Positions 1 through 10,266 of a DNA stretch of 64,000 nucleotides are shown here, piece by piece. Location of the stretch: IMG/VR virus record IMGVR_UViG_3300030376_002698, positions 1 through 64,000 of that record; one strand, written 5' to 3'. A program made the position numbers and the translations under genes. The stretch comes from an uncultured virus (IMG/VR IMGVR_UViG_3300030376_002698). Taxonomy: Duplodnaviria > Heunggongvirae > Uroviricota > Caudoviricetes. Numbering within the stretch: the stretch's first letter is position 1; every line of letters starts with the position of its first letter. Below the pieces are notes generated by a model. It did no database searches and was not told where the DNA came from. It was given only the letters and a program-made list of their open reading frames with translations.

Positions 1-1267
1 CATCAGCACTTGTATAAAATAATAGTCTACCTGGAGTATCATTTGCACCAGGTGTGCCATCTATTTGTCCTTCTATGGCAACTACGCTAGAATTAGCATC
101 AGTACCATCATCTGCAAACATTATTATGGAACCTACAGTGTCACCACTATTTATAATAGTAAATGCACCAGGACTTGTATTTCTTGATTTATAAAAATAA
201 AAAGCAGGTGGACTACTATCAGCCGAATGTTTTGAAACTAACATAGAAGCAGAAGAAGCAGAGTTACCTTTTATTTGAAATGCTGGAGTTTCGGCATTTG
301 GTAATGATGTTGTTCCAGGACTAGCATTTTTTTCTATCATTACACAATTATTACCACCATCAACAAATATCTGATGAGTATTACCATTAGATTCTACTCT
401 AAAGTCTACATCATCTGAATCTTCGTTGATAACAACTTCAGTATCTTTAATTGTAATTTGATCGTCATTACTAGAAGATTGATCATCAATACCAGGAAGT
501 GATACACCTGCATAAGTTTTTAATCTTGATGCTGTTACTTTACGGTTTGTACCTCCAGCACCATCATCAATAATAAATAGGTCTGCATCCACAATCGCAG
601 CTCCAATATCTGTCGCCCCATCAATATCTAATGTTGCAATATTAGTTGCACCTGCTGGTAAAGTAACTGCACTTGATACTTCTAATGTTGGAGTAACGAT
701 TGAACTACCTGATTCAGCAGTAAATGTATTGGCTGTGATTACAAAATCTTTAGCACCACCAACATAAATATCAATAGTATCATCAGTAGGAGCTTCAATG
801 TAAGTATCACCATCATCATCAAGGATTACTCGACCACCAAACGCAGCAGTATCTATACCTAATTCAACTTTGGTAGGAGTGCCAGAAGCTAAAGAGATAC
901 CTGTTAAGTTTACAGTCTGTGTAGTAGATGAGTGTGAAGATGAAGCAATAGTGCCTTCGACCACATTAGCACCACCATCAGTGATTCTAATCTTTCTACC
1001 TGCAAAGTATACACCTGAGATGTCAGATGATGAAGTTATAGTAATAGTATCAGCATCACTACGTGCTACTGTATATGTACCATCTCCGTCACCAAACTCA
1101 AAGTACCCGTCTCCAAGTTGTTCGTACATGTCTCGCATGTGTCCCATAAGCTCACGAGCAGCATTATTTACGTTACTCGGTGCCATGTTCTCTGCAAAGT
1201 TTACTGTCATGTTAGCAGTATTGTTACCCGCAGTTGAACTAAATTTACCTACGCCTGTTCCAGCCAT
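1..1267 (-). CDS. Tail fibre protein, module A (3' end truncated by window edge)
   Basis: Not in the ORF track. Manual translation from ATG 1267 (RBS AGGAG) gives MAGTGVGKFSSTAGNNTANM..., open to the edge; first 188 aa almost identical to 35764..37209. Confidence 0.85.
   Translation of the reverse strand, partial: MAGTGVGKFSSTAGNNTANMTVNFAENMAPSNVNNAARELMGHMRDMYEQLGDGYFEFGDGDGTYTVARSDADTITITSSSDISGVYFAGRKIRITDGGANVVEGTIASSSHSSTTQTVNLTGISLASGTPTKVELGIDTAAFGGRVILDDDGDTYIEAPTDDTIDIYVGGAKDFVITANTFTAESGSSIVTPTLEVSSAVTLPAGATNIATLDIDGATDIGAAIVDADLFIIDDGAGGTNRKVTASRLKTYAGVSLPGIDDQSSSNDDQITIKDTEVVINEDSDDVDFRVESNGNTHQIFVDGGNNCVMIEKNASPGTTSLPNAETPAFQIKGNSASSASMLVSKHSADSSPPAFYFYKSRNTSPGAFTIINSGDTVGSIIMFADDGTDANSSVVAIEGQIDGTPGANDTPGRLLFYTSAD
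704..1267. repeat. Near-identical copy 1 of tail-fibre 5' region (pairs with 36646..37209)
   Basis: Direct comparison at constant offset 35942; 6 aa differences in 188. Confidence 0.9.
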
Positions 1268-1301
1268 TGTTTTATTCTCCTATTTAATTTTCTTAGTTAT
1301 T

Positions 1302-3956
1302 TTATCTACTAGCTTGATATTCATCTCTGCTAGGGTTTATATTAATTGTGTTGAATCTTTGATTGTCTAAGGTATATAATCCTTGATTTTCTTCATCTGA
1401 TGGATAGCCCAAATTAAACAAATACCCATTTAGTTTTTTTGTTATAAGTTTATTTTCTACTTTATCCGTAGCAAATCTTGCATAATCTTTTGCTATATTT
1501 GGATCAAACATAGCCTCATAAAATAAAGCATCAGCTCTTTGTTTGCCTTTAGTTAAAATAAATCTACCAAATATATCACTTGCTATATATCTTACACTTG
1601 TTCTACCCGACTCAGCAGCGTAAAATCTTGACATAATAGATGGTATGCTCATACCCATTTGTTGGGTAGCTTCTTGCACTACACCAGGTGTTGTAGTTCC
1701 TATTCCTTGTGGCATAGGTGTTCTAGCATTTATAGCGTAAGCATCAGCAATAATGTTTAAATTATTTATATGGTCTGCACTATAAACAGAATTTAAAGAA
1801 TTCTTGTTTGATTCTAAAAATTGTTTGAATACTGCAGGGTTTAAAGCTGGATCATTTACTTCAAACATAATTTTAGCAACACTTCTGCGTAATGCTTCTT
1901 TTTCGTCTGCTGTTTTTAATCTAGCGTTAATTTGTTTCATTAATGCCGGTTGTTTTATAGCTGAAGTTAATAATTTATCAACATCGACTTCGCCCTTCAT
2001 TATTGGTGACTGCCCAAACATTAATTTTTTAGCTAACATATTGTCTTGTATTAATGCTTTACGGTTGTTAAGTTGTGCTACTCGGTTAGATACAAATGAA
2101 ATAGCTACTTGACTATCTGTTAATTTATTAAGTATAGTTGGAAATTGTTCTAAAACTTGTTTATTATTGTTAATGTATTTGTTTAATTTTTTGGGATCTA
2201 AAACATCATTTGCAAAGGCTGTTTTTCTAACTTTGTCTAATACCACAGATTCAAGTGCAAGGAGAGCATCTGCATCAATTTCGCCACTTGCAGTGTCGGT
2301 AAATACTTCTTTAAATTGTTTTGCAGATTGTACGTTTGTTAAAAATGCATCTGCTACTTTTTCATCAGCTATTTTGTATTCTTGAGTTTTGCCAAGTCTT
2401 TGTGAGCTATATGCTGCAGATTTTTCAAAACGATTTATAATTCTTTCTTTATAAGCATTTCTAAACATTTTGTATTTATTGCCTAATATTTCAACATTAT
2501 CGTCTATAAATGTATCAATATCTTTTTTCATCATTGATAAAGTTCTTATCTTTTTTGAACTTGGTGATGCAGTGCCTAAAGCATCAAGCAAATCATCACT
2601 TACTCTTTCACGTAAACCTTGTATATCTTTAAATGCAATACTAGATTGTTTAAAATTTTTTACTTCATTGTAAATACTAGGTCTATTAGCAACATCTGCA
2701 AATTTAGAATCAGGTGCATACATTTTAACAAAATTTGTTTTAAATTCTGCAAATGATACTGATGCGTTCATGTCAATGTTTAATTGCTTAACGTAATCAT
2801 TAAAATCTTGTTTAGCTATATTTCTTTTATCTAATAAAATATTTCTAAGTTTTTGTCCTGCTATAGCTGTTTCGGCTATTGGAAAATCTTTTGTTATATC
2901 GTCAAGTCTACCACTAGACTTAGCTAACTGTAAATTATTTATATTAGATAAATCATCAAACTTTTTAGTTATTGTGTTTATGACAAACGGAGCTTCATCT
3001 CCTGTAGTAGGAAAGTTTTTAGTTATGTTGCCTTCAATAGCTTTTGTATTTTTAATTTTACGTCTTACCAAAGCATCTAATTGTGATCCTGAAGCGTTGT
3101 TTTCTAATTCTTTTTGTGAAGCAATTAATTGTGGACTTCCACTTGCTTCTGCAGGAGAAGGAACAAAATCATCACCAATTTGATCTCTTACTTGTTGTGT
3201 TCTCCGTAATTGCTCTTGTGCAGCAGGTTCTCCATAAGCTGCAGCAAATCTATCAAAAGTTTCCTTTGTAGCTCTAGCTTCTTGTGCCTTAGTACCAAAA
3301 TATTCTTTAATCTTGTTACCTGCTCTAACAGCTATGGCCGTTGGAGTTTTTGCTAATACTGTAGTTGCAGCACCAGGTGTTAAGGCACCAACCAGTGGGA
3401 AAGTAATTTGTGCTAACTCACTATCAGGTCGTTCTTCTTCTGCAAGACCTTTACCAACGCCAAAACCAGTTGCGGCAGCAGTTTCAGCTACAGATGCGGC
3501 TAACGGACTTTTTCTAAATTGATCTAATAAAGATTTAACAACTGCTTCAGTGGTTGTTTTTGCACCTGTGTATAGTTTAGTTGTTGCTAAACCTAAAGCA
3601 CCACCTGTAATGGGTGTGTTTTTTGCAAGTTCAGATCCTGTTGTTCTAAGTATGCGTTCTGCACTCGTGGATGGTTCTCTAACTCCTTTGTTAAAAAAAT
3701 CAGCAAGACCGTTTACTTCATCATCTTCTATCATTCCTGCTTTAGCTAAACCTTTTGCAATGCTTTTAATACCTGCATCAGGAAAATAAAAGAGAGTTTC
3801 ATTAAAACCCGCTAAAAGTTGTTGCGTCAATCCTAAAGTAGAATTGTTATTACGCATATTTAAAATCTCTTTAGTTAAAACTTTAGCATCATCTACATTA
3901 CCAGCAGCGTCTGCTTTAATTAAACTATCTTCTAATTCTTTTAGAGTGTATGACAT
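1302..3956 (-). CDS. Large internal virion/DNA ejection protein (module A)
   Basis: 884 aa; last of three genes before the tail fibre, the podovirus ejection-protein position; Gly/Ala-rich hydrophobic N-terminal segments. Confidence 0.6.
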   Translation of the reverse strand: MSYTLKELEDSLIKADAAGNVDDAKVLTKEILNMRNNNSTLGLTQQLLAGFNETLFYFPDAGIKSIAKGLAKAGMIEDDEVNGLADFFNKGVREPSTSAERILRTTGSELAKNTPITGGALGLATTKLYTGAKTTTEAVVKSLLDQFRKSPLAASVAETAAATGFGVGKGLAEEERPDSELAQITFPLVGALTPGAATTVLAKTPTAIAVRAGNKIKEYFGTKAQEARATKETFDRFAAAYGEPAAQEQLRRTQQVRDQIGDDFVPSPAEASGSPQLIASQKELENNASGSQLDALVRRKIKNTKAIEGNITKNFPTTGDEAPFVINTITKKFDDLSNINNLQLAKSSGRLDDITKDFPIAETAIAGQKLRNILLDKRNIAKQDFNDYVKQLNIDMNASVSFAEFKTNFVKMYAPDSKFADVANRPSIYNEVKNFKQSSIAFKDIQGLRERVSDDLLDALGTASPSSKKIRTLSMMKKDIDTFIDDNVEILGNKYKMFRNAYKERIINRFEKSAAYSSQRLGKTQEYKIADEKVADAFLTNVQSAKQFKEVFTDTASGEIDADALLALESVVLDKVRKTAFANDVLDPKKLNKYINNNKQVLEQFPTILNKLTDSQVAISFVSNRVAQLNNRKALIQDNMLAKKLMFGQSPIMKGEVDVDKLLTSAIKQPALMKQINARLKTADEKEALRRSVAKIMFEVNDPALNPAVFKQFLESNKNSLNSVYSADHINNLNIIADAYAINARTPMPQGIGTTTPGVVQEATQQMGMSIPSIMSRFYAAESGRTSVRYIASDIFGRFILTKGKQRADALFYEAMFDPNIAKDYARFATDKVENKLITKKLNGYLFNLGYPSDEENQGLYTLDNQRFNTININPSRDEYQASR

Positions 3957-5017
3957 TATCTGTATTTATTTAATAGTTGATCTACAAATGGGTTTTGTTC
4001 TGTAGGATCTATAGGTATTTCGTATGGATCCGATGCTACGGCCTGTCCAGTTAATGCTGATTTTGCGTTATCTGACATAGTTTGTAAACCGTTATATAAA
4101 GTTGTTAATTGTATTTTTGCTTTTTGTGGATCTAAAAAGATTGCAGACTCATCAGGTAACATTTCTAATAATCTGTTTACTTCTGCTACAGGAAATTTAG
4201 GATTATCAGTTAATTGTTTTACAATTTTTTCTTTTACTAATTTATATTCCTGTGTTGCTTGTTCCACTTCAGGATTAATTAAATATTTATCAATAAAATC
4301 AGGAGTTATACCAGCAATATTACCACCTGCTCGTGCAAATTTATTACTAATGCCAAAAATATTGTCAGTTTTATCTATGGATCGTTTTAATTCAGGTAAA
4401 GCCTCGTCTATGTTAGATATTCTTGTTTTATGTTTTTCTAATTGTTTTTTGGTAAAATCTCCTGGCTTTAAATAAGATTCAATTACTATACTATCTTTAA
4501 TTCCTTTATCAGTTGCTGGTAGCATTTTTTCCTGTTGTTTTGTTGTAGCTGGTAAAGTTGTCTGCTGTTGTATAGTTTCTGTATTTTGTAATGGCCCACC
4601 TGAAGTTTCTATCTTTTGTGATATAGGATCAAACGTAGTAAAAGTTCTTGTATCAGGATTAAATTCTATTTGAAGATTGCCATCAACTATATCTGTAGCT
4701 TTATTAAGAGCTTCGGTGTCAGTTAAATTTGGATCAGTAGCCTGTAATCGAGTAACTAAACCTTTAATCTTAGATACTCTTGCAGTATCTTCTTCAGGTT
4801 CTAATGCTTTTCTAACTTGTGCAGATTGTAAAGCTCCACCAAATATTGCTTTACCTAGAGGTTGTCCTTGTGCAATAGCAAGACCAATGTTTACTCTTGG
4901 ATCACCTAACAATCCAGTAAGTGTGTTGCCACCTTGAGGGGCAGCAAAGAAACCACCTTCGTTTGATGAGAAAAACCCTCTAGGGTTTGTAAATGGGTTT
5001 GTAAATCCGTTTGCCAT
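3956..5017 (-). CDS. Internal virion/ejection protein (middle, module A)
   Basis: 353 aa; synteny; TAATG coupling; N-terminal motif DPRVNIGLAIAQG resembles NPAFIMGLSLMKG of 40554..41780. Confidence 0.55.
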   Translation of the reverse strand: MANGFTNPFTNPRGFFSSNEGGFFAAPQGGNTLTGLLGDPRVNIGLAIAQGQPLGKAIFGGALQSAQVRKALEPEEDTARVSKIKGLVTRLQATDPNLTDTEALNKATDIVDGNLQIEFNPDTRTFTTFDPISQKIETSGGPLQNTETIQQQTTLPATTKQQEKMLPATDKGIKDSIVIESYLKPGDFTKKQLEKHKTRISNIDEALPELKRSIDKTDNIFGISNKFARAGGNIAGITPDFIDKYLINPEVEQATQEYKLVKEKIVKQLTDNPKFPVAEVNRLLEMLPDESAIFLDPQKAKIQLTTLYNGLQTMSDNAKSALTGQAVASDPYEIPIDPTEQNPFVDQLLNKYR

Positions 5018-5026
5018 AATTATCTC

Positions 5027-5914
5027 CTATAGAAATCCTGTTCCGCCTAATATAGCACCTGCTATCGGCCCTGCAGGGCCTAAAACAGATGTTAAAGCAC
5101 TACCAGCTACAGCTCCACCAAAGGCACCGCCTAGTCCACCTGATTGAGTGCCTGGCCCAGTGTTTACACCTGTAGGGAAACCACTGGCAATTGGACTAAT
5201 AAGTCCAGCATATTGTTGTAATTGTTGCATTGGTGCTTGTTGACCAAATTGAAATCTTGCAATCTGATCTTGTAATTGTCTACGGGCTAAATCTTCATAA
5301 GCAGAACCTACGCCACCTAAGTCAGCGATTGCTCCTCGTCTACGCATATCTAAACCTTGTTGAATACCTGGTAATGCTCCTGCTGCTTGTAATTGTCGAC
5401 CAAAAGCAGACTCCATACCTGATTGCTCTCTACCTCTTTCTTGTGAGGCTAATTGTGCTGCAAGTGGTGCATAGGCTTGAGTAACACCTCTAGCTACCGC
5501 TTGTTGAGCCATAGGCGAGGTACCAGTTCTACCCATATTACCAAACTGTGATTGTACTGAACCTAGTACGTCTGAAGTTATGCCTTCACGAATACCTGAT
5601 AAATAGTCAGCTTGTGGAGTTAATTGACCATAAGATGATTGAGGACTTGCTGCAAACTGACCAAAGGTTTGTGCAGCTTGTGCTTGTAATGGAGAAGTTT
5701 GAGCTTGTTCTAAAGCTGCAGCTTGTTGTAAATTAAGTGCTTCTTGAGTTTGTTGAGCAAAAGGAACTACAGTGCTACCTGGAAAGAATGATCTTCCTAA
5801 ACCACTTCGGTAAATGTTTTGTGCTTCACCTAATATATCCTGCAAAAACGGTTCTGCAGGTGCGTAAGGCTCTGTTCTTTGTGTAGTTGTTTGGTTTCCA
5901 CCGCCACTTGACAT
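5027..5914 (-). CDS. Small ejection (DNA transfer) protein, Gln-rich with C-terminal glycine zipper
   Basis: MSSGGG start, Q-rich, GxxxG-rich C-terminus; homolog 41780..42727. Confidence 0.65.
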   Translation of the reverse strand: MSSGGGNQTTTQRTEPYAPAEPFLQDILGEAQNIYRSGLGRSFFPGSTVVPFAQQTQEALNLQQAAALEQAQTSPLQAQAAQTFGQFAASPQSSYGQLTPQADYLSGIREGITSDVLGSVQSQFGNMGRTGTSPMAQQAVARGVTQAYAPLAAQLASQERGREQSGMESAFGRQLQAAGALPGIQQGLDMRRRGAIADLGGVGSAYEDLARRQLQDQIARFQFGQQAPMQQLQQYAGLISPIASGFPTGVNTGPGTQSGGLGGAFGGAVAGSALTSVLGPAGPIAGAILGGTGFL

Positions 5915-5916
5915 AC

Positions 5917-6342
5917 TTAATTCTCCAATTTCTTTTCTAATAAATAATGGGTTGTCTTAAACCCTTGTTTGTTTAATATTTTTGACCAACCTGGTCTGGC
6001 ATAAGTTTCAAAGTGTGTACACTTATTACTTTTAGCCCATTTTTCTATATCGTGCAATCCATCTTGCCAATCTTTTCTATTCTTACCTGTACAGATAAAG
6101 ATATTAGCGACTTTACTATTTGGTCTTTCTATAATTCTAGTCACTACTACCGCTTTAAGTTTAGTTTTGGCTTCTTCATCCCATGCTAACCATAGCTGGT
6201 TATCACCACTTACACACGCCTCATATACATCTGAGGTATTAAAATGGTGTCCTGAATAAGCTAATGCCTTAGTAATTGACTCATCTACTAAGTTCCAAAC
6301 TGTCTCTATGTTTTCTTGTGGTATCTGTACAATCCCAATCAT
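5917..6342 (-). CDS. Virion-assembly GNAT-like protein
   Basis: Position just upstream of the ejection genes; WAK..C...E..ARPGW motif; homolog 42729..43148. Confidence 0.5.
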   Translation of the reverse strand: MIGIVQIPQENIETVWNLVDESITKALAYSGHHFNTSDVYEACVSGDNQLWLAWDEEAKTKLKAVVVTRIIERPNSKVANIFICTGKNRKDWQDGLHDIEKWAKSNKCTHFETYARPGWSKILNKQGFKTTHYLLEKKLEN

Positions 6343-6665
6343 GTAATTTCTAAATAACTACATATAACATGCAGATCATTTGCATTTTCAGCTTGTATTT
6401 TTAATTCTTCATCTGTATTCATAACTAAAGGATTAGTTAATAATTCAGTAGTTGTTTTAGCAGCTATATCTTTTTGTTTAAATAAACTAAATACATCATT
6501 ACCCGTATTAAGTAAAGTAACTGTGATTTCACAAGCATTACTGGCATCATCATTAGAAACAAGTATTGACTTTACTATACTTACAGTAGCTGCAGGTGAT
6601 GTATATAAAACTGTATCATTAGTTGTAGTTAAATCTACCTTTGAGTTTTTATAGGTATGTGCCAT
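6339..6665 (-). CDS. Conserved 108-aa beta-rich putative virion protein (copy A)
   Basis: 105/108 aa identical to 43145..43471. Confidence 0.7.
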   Translation of the reverse strand: MAHTYKNSKVDLTTTNDTVLYTSPAATVSIVKSILVSNDDASNACEITVTLLNTGNDVFSLFKQKDIAAKTTTELLTNPLVMNTDEELKIQAENANDLHVICSYLEIT

Positions 6666-6823
6666 TACTCAACACTTTCTTTAAAACCATTACTTAAATT
6701 TTTGTGAAACTCATCTAGAGCATTGTGTTCACAGTTAGCACATTTACAAGTTACACAGACACCACCATTACCACAATGACAACTATGTTCGCAATTCTTA
6801 CATTGATCTATGCTAGAAACCAT
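6665..6823 (-). CDS. Small Cys/His-rich (metallothionein-like) peptide, 52 aa
   Basis: Manual translation MVSSIDQCKNCEHSCHCGNGGVCVTCKCANCEH...; homolog 43471..43671. Confidence 0.7.
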   Translation of the reverse strand: MVSSIDQCKNCEHSCHCGNGGVCVTCKCANCEHNALDEFHKNLSNGFKESVE

Positions 6824-6954
6824 GATGCTACCTCTTGATTTTCATCGTTGTGATAACGAATTAATTGATTAGTAAGTTCTTCTACAATTAACTGAAACTC
6901 CTCAGTTGAGTCAATGTTTTGATAGATGTACTGTAGGTCTATTTTACTAGCCAT
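6808..6954 (-). CDS. Hypothetical protein, 48 aa
   Basis: Manual translation MASKIDLQY...ENQEVASWFLA; homolog 43656..43826. Confidence 0.7.
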   Translation of the reverse strand: MASKIDLQYIYQNIDSTEEFQLIVEELTNQLIRYHNDENQEVASWFLA

Positions 6955-7835
6955 TATCTACCACCCATAAAACCACGCCCTATGCCAGTTGATCTAGACG
7001 CATCATCCCTTGCTTTGTTTGTTCCAGCTCTTGACTCAGCTCTACCTGCTTCTGTACCTTGTCTTGATTTACTTGGATCTGATTTGGCACTAGTAATACC
7101 ACGTTGTGCATCAGTCATAGCTATTCTATCTAATTGTTCTTGTGATGCAGTTTTTGCAAATTCTTTTGCTATTTCTGCTCGTCTTTCATCTGCATTAGCA
7201 GTCATTGCTTTATTAATAGCTTCAGCGTTCAATCTTGAAAAATCTAATGCTGTTTGTGTACCATAAGTATTTTCAATTCTTTCGTAAATATCGTTGGGAT
7301 CATCTCCTATACCTAGTAAACCTTTTGCCACATTCATAGGTGTGTAACCAAGCAAACTATTTACAGTAGTTGCTAATTTAGCATCTAAGGAATTTGGATC
7401 AAGTTGTGTAACTGTTCCATCAGGATTAAATCTAAAAGCTCTACCACCAATAACTTCAGTTGAAACACCTGGCCCCATACGATCACGACCACCGCCTCCT
7501 CTTTCTTGCATAGTAGTAGTAGATACGTTAGATGGTATATTACCAGTCATAGGTATGTTACCATATTGGTTAAATGCACCTGGTGTGTAAGTACCCATGT
7601 TACCAAAGTTAAATCCTGCACCTGGTGCAAAAGCACCTGGTGTATATGTTTGTTGAGACAAATTTGGCACTTGAAACTCATTACCAAGAAATCTATTCTG
7701 TGCAATAGGTTGACCAAATGAAGTTGTTACATAGTCAGAAGCTAAATTAGGATTGTAGTTACCAAACAAGTTCGTGTTTTTTATTTGGTTGTTGAGTAAT
7801 CCTGCAGATTGTTGTAATTGTTCCAAAAATGTCAT
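6954..7835 (-). CDS. Hypothetical virion-associated low-complexity protein
   Basis: Coupled to the nozzle gene; shares TE.IG.RAFRF..DGT.T.LDP motif with 43826..44782. Confidence 0.55.
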   Translation of the reverse strand: MTFLEQLQQSAGLLNNQIKNTNLFGNYNPNLASDYVTTSFGQPIAQNRFLGNEFQVPNLSQQTYTPGAFAPGAGFNFGNMGTYTPGAFNQYGNIPMTGNIPSNVSTTTMQERGGGGRDRMGPGVSTEVIGGRAFRFNPDGTVTQLDPNSLDAKLATTVNSLLGYTPMNVAKGLLGIGDDPNDIYERIENTYGTQTALDFSRLNAEAINKAMTANADERRAEIAKEFAKTASQEQLDRIAMTDAQRGITSAKSDPSKSRQGTEAGRAESRAGTNKARDDASRSTGIGRGFMGGR

Positions 7836-9301
7836 TATCTATATCCTTCTTTGATTGCTTCTACGTCAATACCTTGTGCATCTGACCAAGTAGTACCTGC
7901 TGGTATTTGTAAGTTAAATTTAAAATATCTTGCTGATTTGTGAAACGGTATCGTTCCTGTTGAGTGCATACTTGCAGCACTAGTAGTTGTAGCAGAGTCA
8001 GCAACTCTATTACGAAAACTTACTGTACCTGTAGCAGAACTTGTATCTACAATAGGTCTAACGTGTGTTACTAATGATCGGTTCATAGGAAATACTTCTG
8101 TCTCGCCAGTTCCAATAGCAGCTTCTAGTGCATCTCCTTCAAATGAGCCTAATTTGTGATCTGTATCAAATACGCCTAAAGTTCGTAGACCACCAATAAA
8201 TGCTGGGCTATCTAAAGATACAGTAATTGCATCTATGTCGTTAGTGCCTGATGCTGGATAATCATCTAGCTCTTCTAATGTAAGACCAGGTGACAAGCTA
8301 TCAACAATAACTTCGTGATCTAATTCTACCAATGACCATCTATCACTTGCTATGTGGTATATAATAATTTTATCGTTTTGTGTACCTGAGTTGTTACCAG
8401 TAGCAGATGGATATGACCACATAACTAATTTATTTTCATGGTCATAAGAAGCTCTGACACGTTCTCTTAATGCAGTTTTTAAATCATTGTAGAAAAAACG
8501 GTCTACTTTGTTGGCACCAATAGGTTTTGATTGTGTACCATTAGTTACATAAAAACCATCTTCTGATAAATAGTACACAAGATTACCAACTTGAATTACG
8601 TTCTTACCTTGTACCGCACCTTTGTTTTCTTCTATACGTCTAAATGAGAACACTACATTACCACCACGATAGTCTACTCTAGTAATACGTGACTCTTGAA
8701 ATATCAAACCATACTGACCACCAGTAATACCAGTGATAACTCCACCTTCAGGCAACACTTCAGAATCAGCTTGGTTTACACCTGCAGTCCATGAAGTCGG
8801 ATCGTTAAAACTTGACCACTGTACTTTGTTCTGTGCAGTTGGTTGAAAACCTGTAACTAAAAAATTACCAATCACTGCAGCATGTCTAAAAGCTGGTGGT
8901 GATCCTGACAATGCAGCAAAATCAGATGATGAATCCAATGTGTACGCTTGTGGTGCATCATCACCATTAAAAGCTACTACAACTTCACCAAACCTTACAA
9001 AGTCCCAATACCCTTCATCAGAGTAACTAAATGTAGTGCCACCACTTTCATCAACAAAAGCATTTGCTGTTAGTTTGTATAATTTGGTAGCATCACCTGC
9101 AAAGATAGATACGACACCACTGTCTGATTTAAAGGCTTTGGCACCCTGACATCTTGCATCTAGTGCGTTACTTGAGGTAACTGAAATATTGTTAAATGGT
9201 CGATAACTGTTTACTGCAGGAAAAACATTCTTTGCCTCAGTAGCACCAGGATTCACATGATCGGGTAGGTCAGGTAGCCATTCTCCAAAAGGTACTTGCA
9301 T
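7835..9301 (-). CDS. Tail nozzle / tail tubular protein B-like (module A)
   Basis: 488 aa, FGEWLPD N-terminus, beta-rich, follows the adaptor; homolog 44782..46248. Confidence 0.7.
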   Translation of the reverse strand: MQVPFGEWLPDLPDHVNPGATEAKNVFPAVNSYRPFNNISVTSSNALDARCQGAKAFKSDSGVVSIFAGDATKLYKLTANAFVDESGGTTFSYSDEGYWDFVRFGEVVVAFNGDDAPQAYTLDSSSDFAALSGSPPAFRHAAVIGNFLVTGFQPTAQNKVQWSSFNDPTSWTAGVNQADSEVLPEGGVITGITGGQYGLIFQESRITRVDYRGGNVVFSFRRIEENKGAVQGKNVIQVGNLVYYLSEDGFYVTNGTQSKPIGANKVDRFFYNDLKTALRERVRASYDHENKLVMWSYPSATGNNSGTQNDKIIIYHIASDRWSLVELDHEVIVDSLSPGLTLEELDDYPASGTNDIDAITVSLDSPAFIGGLRTLGVFDTDHKLGSFEGDALEAAIGTGETEVFPMNRSLVTHVRPIVDTSSATGTVSFRNRVADSATTTSAASMHSTGTIPFHKSARYFKFNLQIPAGTTWSDAQGIDVEAIKEGYR

Positions 9302-9948
9302 TATCTTACGTTATCAATGTTGTTAATATTTATACCTGATCGTTGTACTAATGGTGTAGCGTTATATTTATCTTTTTCATCTGCAAGTTCTACTTGTTGT
9401 AGTGCAGCTTCGTATTGACCTTTGAACTGAGCAACAGTTTGTGGATCCATACCACGAATAAACGTACTAGCAAAATATAACGAACCGTAAAGATATACGT
9501 CAGGATGATTAGTTAGAATATGATTGGTTGTGGTTGATGCACTTAAACTATCAAACGCTTTATAAAATACTATAGTAGCCGTGTAGGTGCTATCAGGTGA
9601 AGGACTAAATCTAAAGTTTGTACCCTCAATAGAGTATGCACGTGGTCTACCACTTTCTGAACCACCTTGTGTTTCTGCTTGATGAAACGGTGTCATAAAC
9701 TGCAAAGCTGTTTTAGGATTTGTAGCTAAAATAAAACTGCGTGTTTGCAAGAAACCAGTGGGTAGTGCTTCGGTTTCAGCATCAATGCTAAATGAAGTGT
9801 TAACTGTCTCCATAGCACGTACTCGTAGTCTACGATTAAAATCTGCTTCTGTTAGTTTGATAAAATCTACAATCTCTGTAGTAAGATCATCACGTGCTAG
9901 AAAGTTAGCGATTGCTGTTTGTAAGTTTGCGTATGTATCTAAAGCCAT
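9301..9948 (-). CDS. Head-tail adaptor (tail tubular protein A-like)
   Basis: YANLQTAIANFLARDDLT and HPDVYLYGSL motifs typical of podovirus adaptors. Confidence 0.75.
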   Translation of the reverse strand: MALDTYANLQTAIANFLARDDLTTEIVDFIKLTEADFNRRLRVRAMETVNTSFSIDAETEALPTGFLQTRSFILATNPKTALQFMTPFHQAETQGGSESGRPRAYSIEGTNFRFSPSPDSTYTATIVFYKAFDSLSASTTTNHILTNHPDVYLYGSLYFASTFIRGMDPQTVAQFKGQYEAALQQVELADEKDKYNATPLVQRSGININNIDNVR

Positions 9949-10265
9949 TATAATCTTTTATCTCCTGTTCTAAAATACATATACTCATTACTGTTAACCA
10001 TTTCACGTACCAAACTTTTTTGTTGTTCGTTATCTAGCTTGTAAAAGTTAGAATGACCAAACCGTTCTTTAGTTTTTACTTTTAACGCAATTAGGGGTAT
10101 CTGTGCAATACGTTGAAACTCACCTTTTTGTGCTTCAGGTATATGATTACGAAATATCTTATTTTGTTCTAAGATTGGTGTAGTATCTTGCGAACTTTTA
10201 ACAACAAGTTTGCGTGTGCCTCTGTCGATGTGTACATCCTGATTAGGGTTGTAAATGTCATCCAT
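9948..10265 (-). CDS. Conserved phage hypothetical protein
   Basis: QD..PIL..N and RIAQIP motifs; homolog 46889..47206. Confidence 0.65.
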   Translation of the reverse strand: MDDIYNPNQDVHIDRGTRKLVVKSSQDTTPILEQNKIFRNHIPEAQKGEFQRIAQIPLIALKVKTKERFGHSNFYKLDNEQQKSLVREMVNSNEYMYFRTGDKRL

Positions 10266-10266
10266 G

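Noticed and set aside
704..1267. Diversity-generating retroelement TR/VR pair or invertible fibre cassette
   Set aside because: Repeats are direct, cover the conserved N-terminus, differences are not adenine-specific, and no reverse transcriptase or invertase is seen
870..3789. Plus-strand ORFs overlapping structural genes, here and throughout both modules
   Set aside because: Antisense shadows of long minus-strand genes; no RBS or motifs
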